A stretch of DNA of 64,000 nucleotides from Candidatus Cloacimonadota bacterium (GTDB lineage: Bacteria > Cloacimonadota > Cloacimonadia > JGIOTU-2). The position numbers and the translations under genes are program-made. The notes beneath the pieces are model-generated. The model was not told the origin of the DNA. It saw only the letters and a list, made by a program, of their open reading frames with translations, and did no database searches. Each line of letters opens with the position of its first letter. Position 1 is the stretch's first letter. The DNA lies in the NCBI GenBank assembly GCA_049903315.1, contig JBNGBT010000011.1, positions 1-64,000 of the forward strand. Reading direction: 5' to 3'. Below are positions 19,947 through 30,054 of the stretch, piece after piece.

Positions 19947-22460
19947 TTATTGTTCTTCAGTGTATTGAATTGTTATTGTTTGATTTATTTTTTGCTTTTG
20001 AAATTTTTGTCTTGAGCCATCGAGGTAAAATACATTTATCGAAACCTCATCACCTGTGGGAAATCCAAAATATTGTGTCGTGCTATGCTGATTTGTGGTC
20101 CCCTTTCCCCCTTCAATCTCACGAATCTGTTTGATATTATTCTGAATAATTTCAATTCGGGTTCCAATAAGTGGAGTTGTACCGTTTTCATCAACAATCT
20201 TAACCTTAAGCCAATGCTTTGGTGTTGTGTCATTCCTGAATAAATGAACTCCCTCTGAACTGCATACGAGTAGGTCAAGGTCTCCGTCATTGTCGTAATC
20301 AGAAAATGCCGCACCCCATGAATTAAAGGTTCGTACACCAGCGAGATAGGTAATATCGGTAAATGTTCTATCGCCATTATTCAGGTATAAATAGCTTCTT
20401 CTATTCGGATATATTGAGGTAATGTACAGATCGAGAAACCCATCACCGTTCACGTCTCCCCAGGATGGATCGCTGTGGCATTCATCATACGTAATTCCTG
20501 CAGATTCGCGAATATCATAAAATCGATTTTTCTTTAAATCATTCACAAATAGCTGGGTCATATCGGAAAATTTAATATATCTCGGATGAGCAAGGTTTGC
20601 ACATATTAAGTCTAAATCTCCATCATTATCAAAATCACCCCACTCGCTTCCTATTGTGTGTCCATACCACCCATCGACGTAGGTGCCTTCTACACCAACT
20701 TCTTCAGCCACATTCTGAAATCGTTTGCCCTTTGAATTTCTCCATAGAAAATTTTTATCCAGACGATAGTTTGATACAAAAATATCGAGAAGTCCGTCAT
20801 TATTGTAATCACCCCAATTCACACCTCTTCCTGCCTGGTCCTCATTAAATGGAGGTACAATCTGTTCTTCAATAGTCACATCTTCAAATAAGCCAGTTGT
20901 AAGGTTCTTGAATAAGAAATCCGGCTCCTTATCATATACTCCTCCATGCTCATAATTGGCAACATACAGATCCGGATAGAGGTCGCCGTTTATGTCGCCC
21001 CACGCGGCTCCTTCTGTTTGAAGTGTGTCTGCGATCTGTGTGGAGGAAGTAATATCTTCAAAGGTTCCGTCCCCATTATTTTTCCATAATTTATCTTCTC
21101 GTGTTTGTGCTGATGAAGACGAATAGAAATCAAGGAATCCATCCCGATCAATATCTGCCCACACACTACCATTCGTTATACCAACTGCAATACCCGCAGC
21201 TTCACTTATATCGGAGAAAGTGCCATCTGTATTATTTCTAAGAAGCACATTCCCATTGAAAAGAATATCATCAAATCCGTCATTGTTATAATCCCCCCAG
21301 GCAATGCGGCTCTTATTATAAGCGCTTAAACCCGATGCTTCTGTAACATCGGAATACAATGGCGCTCTATACTTAGCCCACACATTCACAAACTGGCGGA
21401 AAGCCTTTCCCCCATCGGATAGCTCATCATATAATTCATCCAGGAGTGTATCAGCTTTAGGAGTCCACGTATTTCTTTCGTCACCCTTTATTACTGCTTG
21501 CAGTAAGTGACTAAAAGCTGAGGCATCCTGCTCGATCTTCATCTCTATCTTTCCCATAAGATAATAATGCTGTCCCAGAAGCTGTTCAAGAGGAATCTCG
21601 TTTAGAATTGTTAGACCTTCATCATATTTCTCCTGCTCAAAATAAAGCTCTGCAAGGGTGAATCGATATGTCGCCAACTGCTCTTCCCTCGACTTGTCGC
21701 CAAAGAAGTAAAAACTTTTATCCCATACTGCATTATCAAGTGAATCTATTACAAGACTCATTTTCTCTTCGTACTCAGAGAGTTTCTGTTTTTTATCCAA
21801 ATAATAGCGTGCTACTGTATTGAGCATCCTTGGATCGTGAGGATATTTTTGTTCAAGGGCTAGTAAAGTAGAATCAAGTTTCGTAGCATTATGTAGATTG
21901 TTATAGGAATATAGCAAATATCGCCATGCGAGAGGTGTCCATTTATTATCGTGATATATATTCAAGAATTTTTCCAAACCTACTGCGCGAATTGAATCTT
22001 CTCTCATTATCGCATAGTTGAAAACCTCTTCCTGCGCGTTCTCTGTAGACACACTGCAGTTAGGATATTTTTGGATCAGCGTGTCGAGTTTTGATGATAC
22101 AGTAGAATCCTCAAGAGTTGCCATGAATAGGTATTCAATCTGCATTGAAATACTATCAGGCATAAAGTTTTCATACAAAAAAGTAAGATAATTCTCTTGA
22201 TCTTTAGTAATTTCATCAGGTGAAATTTCAGCAATATTATACAAGAAAAACAGTTTATTATACCCAATCATGCTTGATGGGTTATTATGAATAAATTTTT
22301 CCAATGCTTTCTTTGCATCCCTGTATTGGTGAGTACGTATCAACTCATTAATATAATTGAGTTCTGTATATTTATCCTGATGTAATTTAGTTTGATGTAA
22401 GAAAATGCTCGAGCATCCAAGCAATAAAATTATAAGTCCTATCAGAATAAATTTTTTCAT
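19947..22460 (-). CDS. Lipoprotein with TPR-like N-terminus, FG-GAP/VCBS repeats and ASPIC/UnbV-like C-terminus
   Basis: Lipobox LLGC. Repeated WGDYNNDGxxD motifs. C-terminal GGKGTTNQHSTTQYFG. Confidence 0.82.
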   Translation of the reverse strand: MKKFILIGLIILLLGCSSIFLHQTKLHQDKYTELNYINELIRTHQYRDAKKALEKFIHNNPSSMIGYNKLFFLYNIAEISPDEITKDQENYLTFLYENFMPDSISMQIEYLFMATLEDSTVSSKLDTLIQKYPNCSVSTENAQEEVFNYAIMREDSIRAVGLEKFLNIYHDNKWTPLAWRYLLYSYNNLHNATKLDSTLLALEQKYPHDPRMLNTVARYYLDKKQKLSEYEEKMSLVIDSLDNAVWDKSFYFFGDKSREEQLATYRFTLAELYFEQEKYDEGLTILNEIPLEQLLGQHYYLMGKIEMKIEQDASAFSHLLQAVIKGDERNTWTPKADTLLDELYDELSDGGKAFRQFVNVWAKYRAPLYSDVTEASGLSAYNKSRIAWGDYNNDGFDDILFNGNVLLRNNTDGTFSDISEAAGIAVGITNGSVWADIDRDGFLDFYSSSSAQTREDKLWKNNGDGTFEDITSSTQIADTLQTEGAAWGDINGDLYPDLYVANYEHGGVYDKEPDFLFKNLTTGLFEDVTIEEQIVPPFNEDQAGRGVNWGDYNNDGLLDIFVSNYRLDKNFLWRNSKGKRFQNVAEEVGVEGTYVDGWYGHTIGSEWGDFDNDGDLDLICANLAHPRYIKFSDMTQLFVNDLKKNRFYDIRESAGITYDECHSDPSWGDVNGDGFLDLYITSIYPNRRSYLYLNNGDRTFTDITYLAGVRTFNSWGAAFSDYDNDGDLDLLVCSSEGVHLFRNDTTPKHWLKVKIVDENGTTPLIGTRIEIIQNNIKQIREIEGGKGTTNQHSTTQYFGFPTGDEVSINVFYLDGSRQKFQKQKINQTITIQYTEEQ

Positions 22461-22465
22461 GAGTT

Positions 22466-25426
22466 TTAAAATTCTGCATCGAGTGAAAAATAAAATGAGG
22501 GTGATGACTCAAATCCTTTCGTACTTTTCCAAGCCCAATCAAACTTCAGGATGAAATACCCAAGATTCATTCTTGTTCCGATGCCATATCCCACTCTCAC
22601 AGGATTATCATGCATGTTTTTAAATTCATTAAAAGTATCCCATACTTTGCCGACATCTGCAAAGATCGCACCTCTGATGCTTCTGATCCAAATTGGTAAT
22701 GGAAAACCAATCTTTAGCTCTTCAATAAAAGGATATCTGAACTCAACGCTGCCGACTGCAATATTGTTTCCGAGAAATTCTTTATTAAGATACCCGCGAA
22801 GATTGTAGTACCCCCCCATTATGAAATCCTGTTTATCAAGCCCAGTACTCATGCCAACATTCAACATGCCTGCAAGCTGATATTTCCTATTCAGTGCAAT
22901 ATATTTCCTGAAATCGCCATAGATGTTCAAATAGTCATTATGAGAGCCAAAACTTTTTTGAACTCCTGCTTGTAATCTCGAACCCTTTATGGGACCGGTA
23001 ATACCCCACAATGCTGTATCATGAGTGTAAAACAGTGAAGGGGCATATACCCAGGCATCCCTTGTATATTGGTCGAGAATATGCCATTCACCTCCGCTCC
23101 AATAATACCATTCAAGTTTGTTATAAAATAAGCTGTTATAAAGATCAACACGATTGAATTTATCGAGAGGATAACTGATAAGTGTATTCACACCAGTATT
23201 TCTATCTTTCTTAAGTCCATCATAGGTAAAACCATGCTCATCGATCCAGTAATTGAAATAGTAATAGTCATCGACAAGATTAAAAATACCAGCCCCATAA
23301 TCAATACGTTTTTTGATATAGTAATAATTCAAGACTATATCACTTTCTGATAACGACTTATTCGCATCTGCCAAAATATCTATATGATGATTGCCGAGAA
23401 TATCACTTAAGGCGACATATATCTGAGCTGAAACTCCATAACCCGTCGTATACGCAAGCCCTCCAAAAAGGAAATCAGGGGTAAATTTGAGTTTGTATTT
23501 ATCAACTTCCGGCTCTTTATCTTCTCTGAAATCCGGTTTCGCTTCGAGTGAATCTTTCATAAAGAATAAATCACTTTCAAAACGGGAATGTTTTGTCGTG
23601 AGCTTTTCTCTCAAGCGATAGAATCTTTTAAATTCGTTTAAATGGAATACTTCATTAAAGGGATTGTCATTAACGGTCTGAGGTTCCTGATGTGCAATAT
23701 AGTTGAGACTATCAAGAGGATTGCTGAAAAGATAGAGATCCCAGCCCATTTTATAAAAACTGGAAAAGACCATTTCGGTGTTGTCTTCACTCACACATGG
23801 TGAGAATGTACCGCTGAAAATATTAGTGAGTTGTGCAATTGCTTTATCTTCAAAATCATATGCAAAAATATTCGAAACACTGTCTCTATATGCGCTATAA
23901 ATGATATTCAGTTGATCCTTCGACCAGGTGGGGTATTGATGATCATAGGGAGCATTTGTGATCGCTATGATCGTGTTGGTTCCCAAGTCATAAGTGAAGA
24001 TGTTATAATACAGATTCGAGAATATGAGATGTTCATCCTCCTGTGGATAAGGTTCTGTAATAAATCGTTGTGACGAAAATACTATCTGCCCACCATCCGG
24101 AGACCATCTTGGGTAGCGGTCATCAAAATAGTCATCAGTTATTCGTGATATAGTTTTTGTTTTTAAGTTATAGATATACAGATCACTTTGTGCATCTTTT
24201 AAACCTACGAGGATAATTTTATTACCAGCAGGTGAAACATCTATTTCAAATATACTATTGAAATCAAGAGTTATCCGCTGGAGTTCTTTTCCATCTTTCA
24301 CCCGTGAGATAACAATATCATCACCTTTTGACGTTTTGGCGACAAATGCAAAACGTTCGCCATCGGGGAAATAGGACAATGAAGATTTTAGATAATGGAA
24401 TCCTTCATACTTCTCAGTATAACCACTAGTTACGATCTTCTTTGGTTTATACAATCCAAGAGTAGAACGCTTGTATATTCCAAGAGTATAACTCTTATCC
24501 GAATAATAGAGAATTTGTGTGCCGTCAGGTGAAAACACAGGATCCCAATTAGCATTTGATTCCTCAGGATTATGCTTTGTAAGCTGTTGATATTTACTGT
24601 TCGGAAGCACATTGTTATCTATGATACTGCTGTATTTTTTCTGCAGATAGTAACGCCACTGGTCTTCAAGGCTCTTGATGCTAAAGCCGAAAGTACGCTT
24701 GGCAGCTTCATTAATGCTTTTATATATCCTGAAATTATAAAGGAGCTCAATAATACTATTCGATCCGAAAACATCTTCGAGAAACAATAAAAAAGATTCC
24801 CCTTCACGATATGCATAATAGCCAGAAACATATTCAAGAGGAATGAGCTCATCATTTATAATAAGGTCCCGCATATACATCTCATTGCTTGCAGAACCAT
24901 GTTCTGATGACCACTCCGGCAATCCCTCTGAGAACCAGAATGGAAGCGAATAAAAAAGACCGCTTGCAAAATTTGAAAAACTACCACCCTGCATAGTAAA
25001 ATACATGAATACATGGCAGAGCTCGTGTACAACAGTTGTTTCAAATTGTTTATAATCTCCGTCAAAGGGAACGACAACACGATTTTTTATAAATTCAGTA
25101 AAACCCCCGACGCCCTCATCAATGATCTGATATAATATATTTGTTTCTTCAAATTTATTATGAGAATTGTAGATGAGCACAGGTATTTTGTGTGGAATTG
25201 ATTGCTCGAATAATTCCTGGAATCTGTAATAGGCATTCTCTACGATCACCGTGGTGATCTGCCCCACAATATCAAGACCTGTTTCATAATAAATATCAAA
25301 GTGAGTGGTTTTCATCACAGACCATTGCATATTTGGTAGATTTGTCTTATTTTTGCCAAAATACGTTGCGTGCAAAGAACTCACAATTATCATCATGAAG
25401 ATCAGCAATAAAATAACTTTTTTCAT
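22466..25426 (-). CDS. Omp85-family outer membrane protein with N-terminal HExxH metallopeptidase-like domain and PD40 beta-propeller
   Basis: Signal peptide. HELCH...WFSEG. PD40 repeats (PVFSPDG, PRWSPDG). Barrel motif LRGY and C-terminal FSLDAEF. Confidence 0.85.
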   Translation of the reverse strand: MKKVILLLIFMMIIVSSLHATYFGKNKTNLPNMQWSVMKTTHFDIYYETGLDIVGQITTVIVENAYYRFQELFEQSIPHKIPVLIYNSHNKFEETNILYQIIDEGVGGFTEFIKNRVVVPFDGDYKQFETTVVHELCHVFMYFTMQGGSFSNFASGLFYSLPFWFSEGLPEWSSEHGSASNEMYMRDLIINDELIPLEYVSGYYAYREGESFLLFLEDVFGSNSIIELLYNFRIYKSINEAAKRTFGFSIKSLEDQWRYYLQKKYSSIIDNNVLPNSKYQQLTKHNPEESNANWDPVFSPDGTQILYYSDKSYTLGIYKRSTLGLYKPKKIVTSGYTEKYEGFHYLKSSLSYFPDGERFAFVAKTSKGDDIVISRVKDGKELQRITLDFNSIFEIDVSPAGNKIILVGLKDAQSDLYIYNLKTKTISRITDDYFDDRYPRWSPDGGQIVFSSQRFITEPYPQEDEHLIFSNLYYNIFTYDLGTNTIIAITNAPYDHQYPTWSKDQLNIIYSAYRDSVSNIFAYDFEDKAIAQLTNIFSGTFSPCVSEDNTEMVFSSFYKMGWDLYLFSNPLDSLNYIAHQEPQTVNDNPFNEVFHLNEFKRFYRLREKLTTKHSRFESDLFFMKDSLEAKPDFREDKEPEVDKYKLKFTPDFLFGGLAYTTGYGVSAQIYVALSDILGNHHIDILADANKSLSESDIVLNYYYIKKRIDYGAGIFNLVDDYYYFNYWIDEHGFTYDGLKKDRNTGVNTLISYPLDKFNRVDLYNSLFYNKLEWYYWSGGEWHILDQYTRDAWVYAPSLFYTHDTALWGITGPIKGSRLQAGVQKSFGSHNDYLNIYGDFRKYIALNRKYQLAGMLNVGMSTGLDKQDFIMGGYYNLRGYLNKEFLGNNIAVGSVEFRYPFIEELKIGFPLPIWIRSIRGAIFADVGKVWDTFNEFKNMHDNPVRVGYGIGTRMNLGYFILKFDWAWKSTKGFESSPSFYFSLDAEF

Positions 25427-25439
25427 AGTAGATCCTTAT

Positions 25440-26306
25440 TTAAAAAAGGCGGAAATAATGCTTTGGATTTTCTCTGATATCTGTTATAAGAGAATCAAAA
25501 TGAACGATCGTTGCATTGATCTTTTGATACAATGAATCATTTGCTGTGAATCGTCCTAAATTTGTTTCCTCATTTTCAAGGGTGTTAAGAAGCATTCGCA
25601 TCTGAGCCAGCATGCTGTCAATCTCAGGAATTTTATTATCGGCAAAGGTAATTATCCTGTTTACTTTCTCATCATTCTGGTTGATCAGAGTATCAAGATT
25701 AGTCAATATATTATTTATGCGCTCGAATTCAATAGTAATATCTTTATTCTTCTCAAAAATGTGATTCATATTCAGAAGCAGTGCATTCAAATTTTTGATC
25801 ACATCTTTGATGGTCGTCATTTGGTCTTTGTCGTCGATGAGTTCCTCGAGAGTGCCGGAAAGAGCATTGATATTTTTAATGGTAACACCAATCTGGGCTA
25901 TTGTTTCATTGAATCCGACATTGTAATAACCCTGAATGATCTGTGAAGTATCGAGTATTTCTGAGTAAGTGCCCGGTTCGATCGAGATTTCCCTTTCTCC
26001 CATCATACCTCGTTCCGATATAACGATGCGCGTATCTTTTTTCAGGATTATTTCTTTGTTTACAAGAAGTACAACTTTTACTCCACTGTGTTCGAGTGTT
26101 ATATCCGCTACTTTGCCGGCTCGAACTCCATAAACAAAAACAGAATTTCCGACATCCAATCCGCCAATTTGGGGAAAAAGCACGGTCACTTCTGCCATAT
26201 CAACTCTTTGCTGATTTCCTGTAATAACAATCTTCCCTAACACGACGATCAGCACTGCCAGTATGATTATAATTCCTACGATCAACTCACTTTTTTTTGT
26301 TTTCAT
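25440..26306 (-). CDS. MlaD/MCE-domain protein
   Basis: N-terminal TM helix, GGLDVGNSVFVYGVRAGKV, coiled coil, and DIRENPKHY. Confidence 0.88.
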   Translation of the reverse strand: MKTKKSELIVGIIIILAVLIVVLGKIVITGNQQRVDMAEVTVLFPQIGGLDVGNSVFVYGVRAGKVADITLEHSGVKVVLLVNKEIILKKDTRIVISERGMMGEREISIEPGTYSEILDTSQIIQGYYNVGFNETIAQIGVTIKNINALSGTLEELIDDKDQMTTIKDVIKNLNALLLNMNHIFEKNKDITIEFERINNILTNLDTLINQNDEKVNRIITFADNKIPEIDSMLAQMRMLLNTLENEETNLGRFTANDSLYQKINATIVHFDSLITDIRENPKHYFRLF

Positions 26307-26316
26307 AATATTTCAC

Positions 26317-27036
26317 TCATCTCGAAATAAATTTTTTTATATATGAATTCTCCACTCGACTGAGATCATCGACAGAGCCCTGAAAAATAATACTTCCGTT
26401 TTTCATAAGTGCGACCTTGTCAGCGATCTTGAATAGGATACTTATGTCATGAGATACGATCAATGAAGTGGTCTGATATACTTTTTTGAAAGTTGAAAAC
26501 AGCTCGATGATACTATTTGCAATGATTGGATCGAGTCCGGTTGTGGGTTCGTCATAGAGAATGTATTCAGGATTGAGTATCATTGCCCTTGCAAGACTCA
26601 CTCTTTTCTGCATACCGAAGCTCAACTCGGCAGGCATTTTCTTCTCCTGACCGGACATGCCAACCATTCTAAGTTTGTCTTCAACCTGCGTTGCGATCTC
26701 ATTCTCAGGAAGGGCATATTGTTCGCGGAGTGGTAGTGCGACATTGTCATACACGCTGAGCCAGTCAAAGAGTGCAGAGTTTTGAAACACCATCGTCATC
26801 TTCCTTCTGAGGGCATTCCAACCCTTCCACGAAAGTGTATCGATCCGTTTACCATCACAAAATATTTCCCCCTCATCGGGTTTATAAAATCCAATAATAT
26901 GCTTGAGCAACACAGTCTTACCACATCCGCTTTCCCCTATCACGACAGTAGTTTTATTCTTCTCGATCTCCAAATCGATTCCATTCAAAACAACGGCACC
27001 ATCCAAAGATTTCTTGAGTCCCTTTATCTCAATCAT
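26317..27036 (-). CDS. MlaF-like ABC transporter ATPase
   Basis: GESGCGKT, VFQNSALFD, ELSFGMQKRVSLARA and YDEPTTGLDP. Confidence 0.9.
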   Translation of the reverse strand: MIEIKGLKKSLDGAVVLNGIDLEIEKNKTTVVIGESGCGKTVLLKHIIGFYKPDEGEIFCDGKRIDTLSWKGWNALRRKMTMVFQNSALFDWLSVYDNVALPLREQYALPENEIATQVEDKLRMVGMSGQEKKMPAELSFGMQKRVSLARAMILNPEYILYDEPTTGLDPIIANSIIELFSTFKKVYQTTSLIVSHDISILFKIADKVALMKNGSIIFQGSVDDLSRVENSYIKKFISR

Positions 27037-28312
27037 GGCTGCGCTCTTCTGCGATCAATCCAATTCCATCAGTTGTAAAATCCTTAGCAATGACTTTTTT
27101 CAATATTCCATTTTTATCAGCACTATTCTCTTTCAAGAAAATTTTTACATAATGATCAGAAACTGAAGTCCAATATTCATTTTCTTTTTTTTCCAGAACT
27201 GCTTTCAACGGAACCTTCTTTTCAATCAAATATTTTGAGAATTCATTTTTTTTAATCTGCCCTAATTTTTGCAAGCTTTCCATTCTTTTTTTGCTGACCG
27301 TTCCGCTCAAATTCCATTCCATTTCAGCAGCTTTCGTGAACTTTCTTGGAGAAAATCTGAATACATGCAGATAGCTTATAGGAAGACTTTCAATAAAATT
27401 ATATGTTTTGCTGAACTCCTCATCAGTTTCACCGGGAAATCCGACTATCACGTCACATCCGATCGCTGCATCAGGAAGCGCTGTTTTGACTTTTTCAATG
27501 GTTTGCCTGAATTCTGCTGTGGAGTATGTCCGGTTCATTCGTGCAAGCACTTTGTCAGAACCACTTTGAAGAGGAATATGAAAATGAGGACATATCTTTT
27601 TTTGAGATGCGAGGAAATCAATGATTTCATCATTAAAAAACATGGGCTCGATCGAACTCAGGCGGATTTGCTTTATCTCAGTTTTTACAATTTCTTTAAG
27701 TAAGGGTAATAAACCGGAATCTTCTTCGTCATAGCCATAAAGTCCGAGATTAATGCCGGTGAGGATGACTTCTTTTACGCCGTTTTCAGCAAGTGAATTT
27801 ATCTGCTCTATTATAGATCGAATCGGACGGCTGATCGGCTTTCCCCGTACAAAAGGGAGAATGCAATACGCACAGAAAAAGTTACACCCATCCTGAACTT
27901 TTACAGGTACTCTTGTGTGCAAATGATAGGAATCTGTAGAAAGTTCCATGAAATCAGAGTTCGTGCCATGCTCAATTCCTTCGATCTGATAGAAAATGTT
28001 ATGTTTTTCTGTATTAGTAAAAAGGAGAAGGTTTTTCGGTTTCTTTTCAAAGAAGGAGCTTCCCTTATTCACATAACAACCTGTGACTACGACCTTTCCG
28101 CCCGGTGAGATATTTTTCATTGCCCTCCGAATTGCATACCTTGATTTATACTCAGCTCTGTTCGTCACACAGCATGTATTTATAATAACGACATCAGGTT
28201 TATCCTTTAAATCACTCAGAATATATCCATTCTTAATGAATTTATCGAGGATTGCTTCGGACTCGAATTGGTTCGTTTTGCACCCGAGAGTTGTTATAGA
28301 AATTTTTTTCAC
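27029..28312 (-). CDS. mtaB: tRNA t6A37 methylthiotransferase
   Basis: TLGCKTNQFES, INTCCVT, radical SAM motif CNFFCAYC, HIPLQSGS and IVGFPGET. Confidence 0.9.
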   Translation of the reverse strand: MKKISITTLGCKTNQFESEAILDKFIKNGYILSDLKDKPDVVIINTCCVTNRAEYKSRYAIRRAMKNISPGGKVVVTGCYVNKGSSFFEKKPKNLLLFTNTEKHNIFYQIEGIEHGTNSDFMELSTDSYHLHTRVPVKVQDGCNFFCAYCILPFVRGKPISRPIRSIIEQINSLAENGVKEVILTGINLGLYGYDEEDSGLLPLLKEIVKTEIKQIRLSSIEPMFFNDEIIDFLASQKKICPHFHIPLQSGSDKVLARMNRTYSTAEFRQTIEKVKTALPDAAIGCDVIVGFPGETDEEFSKTYNFIESLPISYLHVFRFSPRKFTKAAEMEWNLSGTVSKKRMESLQKLGQIKKNEFSKYLIEKKVPLKAVLEKKENEYWTSVSDHYVKIFLKENSADKNGILKKVIAKDFTTDGIGLIAEERSHD

Positions 28313-28325
28313 TCAAATCAATTTC

Positions 28326-28925
28326 TTAATTGTATAATTTCAGGTATTCGAGGGCTAATTTTTCAATCACTTCAGGATAAAGCTTGTGCTCGATCTTCAG
28401 GACTGCCCGAGCAATTTCCTCAGCAGATTCGCAATGATCAATTGGAATCTTCTGCTGTGCAATGATCTCACCTTCGTCATAGTGCTCATTCACATAATGA
28501 ACGGAAGCGCCGGAAAATTTCTCCTTCGCCTTAAAGACCGTTTCATGCACACGCATGCCAAACATACTCTTACCTCCATATTTTGGAAGCAAAGCAGGGT
28601 GAATATTGATGATATCACCATGATAATTCTGCAAGAAATCTGCGGACAATTTTCTCATGAAGCCTGCAAGTACAATAAGATGTACCACATTCTCATTAAT
28701 AAGCTGAAGCAGAGTCTCTTCAAAGGTTTTCTTCTTATCAAGAAGATAGTATTTCACGCCAAATTTTTCAGCTCGCTTTGTTATCGGGGCATCTGTATGT
28801 GTGATGATCAAGAATTTCACTACAATCGGCACTTCGCTTTTCTGAAGATGGGTCATCACTGCTTCGAAGTTCGAACCTCTGCTTTTGCCAGAGGTGAGAA
28901 ATGCAATATTGAAGGATTGCTGCAT
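28326..28925 (-). CDS. purN: Phosphoribosylglycinamide formyltransferase
   Basis: GSNFEA, VLAGFM, NIHPALLPKYGG and HYVNEHYDEG. Confidence 0.95.
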   Translation of the reverse strand: MQQSFNIAFLTSGKSRGSNFEAVMTHLQKSEVPIVVKFLIITHTDAPITKRAEKFGVKYYLLDKKKTFEETLLQLINENVVHLIVLAGFMRKLSADFLQNYHGDIINIHPALLPKYGGKSMFGMRVHETVFKAKEKFSGASVHYVNEHYDEGEIIAQQKIPIDHCESAEEIARAVLKIEHKLYPEVIEKLALEYLKLYN

Positions 28926-28932
28926 GTCTCTA

Positions 28933-30021
28933 TTAAAGAGATTTTTTGAGCATATCGATGAAATTAATTTCGTTTGGATTTACCCGGTTCAGTATTGCCA
29001 GATAATAGCTGATCATATCGCAGAGCAGTATAGTCGAGAAAGTTTTACCCATAAGAGTTTTTCCATCAGTGAATACTTCGAGATATTCAACTTCTTCATG
29101 AGCTGGATTTTCCTGTTTCTTTTCTTCTTCGGACAATCGGATTATGTCTTTAAAAACCTGTACCCGTTTGAGATATGCTTTTTTCTCTTCAAAATCACTT
29201 ATGAATATCGGAACGAGTGAAGCACTGTAATCGCTTTCCCAGCCCTCGATTTCATTATGATTCATTTCTGAGAAAGTATTGCAGAATGCGTGGGTTTTTG
29301 CATTCTCATTGATCTGGCATTTGAACCTGTAGGCAAGGGGAAATAATTTTGGATTGCTGCTATAGATCACAGGGATTTTTCTGTAGATCTTCTGTGCCAG
29401 TCCTTTCGCAAGATTTTTTGATTCTTCCACATCTCGATTGATCAGCTTGAGTTTAGTTGTCAAGTTCATCAAGGTGAGTTTGACATTGATATTCTGGTCC
29501 TCGATGAGTCCAAGTTCTTCGAATATTTTTACGATCGAGATAAACAAATATCCAATCGCGGCACGTGGTTGGAAACCAGGAGGTATCATTTTGATAAGAT
29601 ATCCTTCCTCTGTACCATAATGCTTCAGAATCCCTCCGGATGTCACCATCGCTATCTGAGCACCTGCCTCTTTCAGGATTTCGAAACATGATACTGTTTC
29701 GGCAGTATTTCCGGAATAACTGCACACGATCCCAAGAGTGGTCTCATCTAGGAAGGGAGGAAGATTATAATCCTTGAAGACGTGTATTCTCAGTTTATCT
29801 CCAAACAGAGTTTTTGTGATGTCTCCTGCAATAGCAGAGCCGCCCATTCCACAAATGTACACCTTGGAGATATTCTTATAGTATCGCGCAAGATCGCTTT
29901 TCTCCTGATTAAAATATGTTTCTTGGATCTGCTGCGGAAGAGAAATGATCTGCTCATACATTTGCTCAGTATCAAACCGATTAAAATTTCCAGTATAGTC
30001 TAAACTAATTGATGAAGACAT
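28933..30021 (-). CDS. Bifunctional phosphoglucose/phosphomannose isomerase (SIS)
   Basis: CGMGGSAIAG, SYSGNTAET, QPRAA, QINENAK and EMNHNEIEGW. Confidence 0.9.
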   Translation of the reverse strand: MSSSISLDYTGNFNRFDTEQMYEQIISLPQQIQETYFNQEKSDLARYYKNISKVYICGMGGSAIAGDITKTLFGDKLRIHVFKDYNLPPFLDETTLGIVCSYSGNTAETVSCFEILKEAGAQIAMVTSGGILKHYGTEEGYLIKMIPPGFQPRAAIGYLFISIVKIFEELGLIEDQNINVKLTLMNLTTKLKLINRDVEESKNLAKGLAQKIYRKIPVIYSSNPKLFPLAYRFKCQINENAKTHAFCNTFSEMNHNEIEGWESDYSASLVPIFISDFEEKKAYLKRVQVFKDIIRLSEEEKKQENPAHEEVEYLEVFTDGKTLMGKTFSTILLCDMISYYLAILNRVNPNEINFIDMLKKSL

Positions 30022-30054
30022 TACTCTCCTTTCTTCATAAATATATGAAATTGG

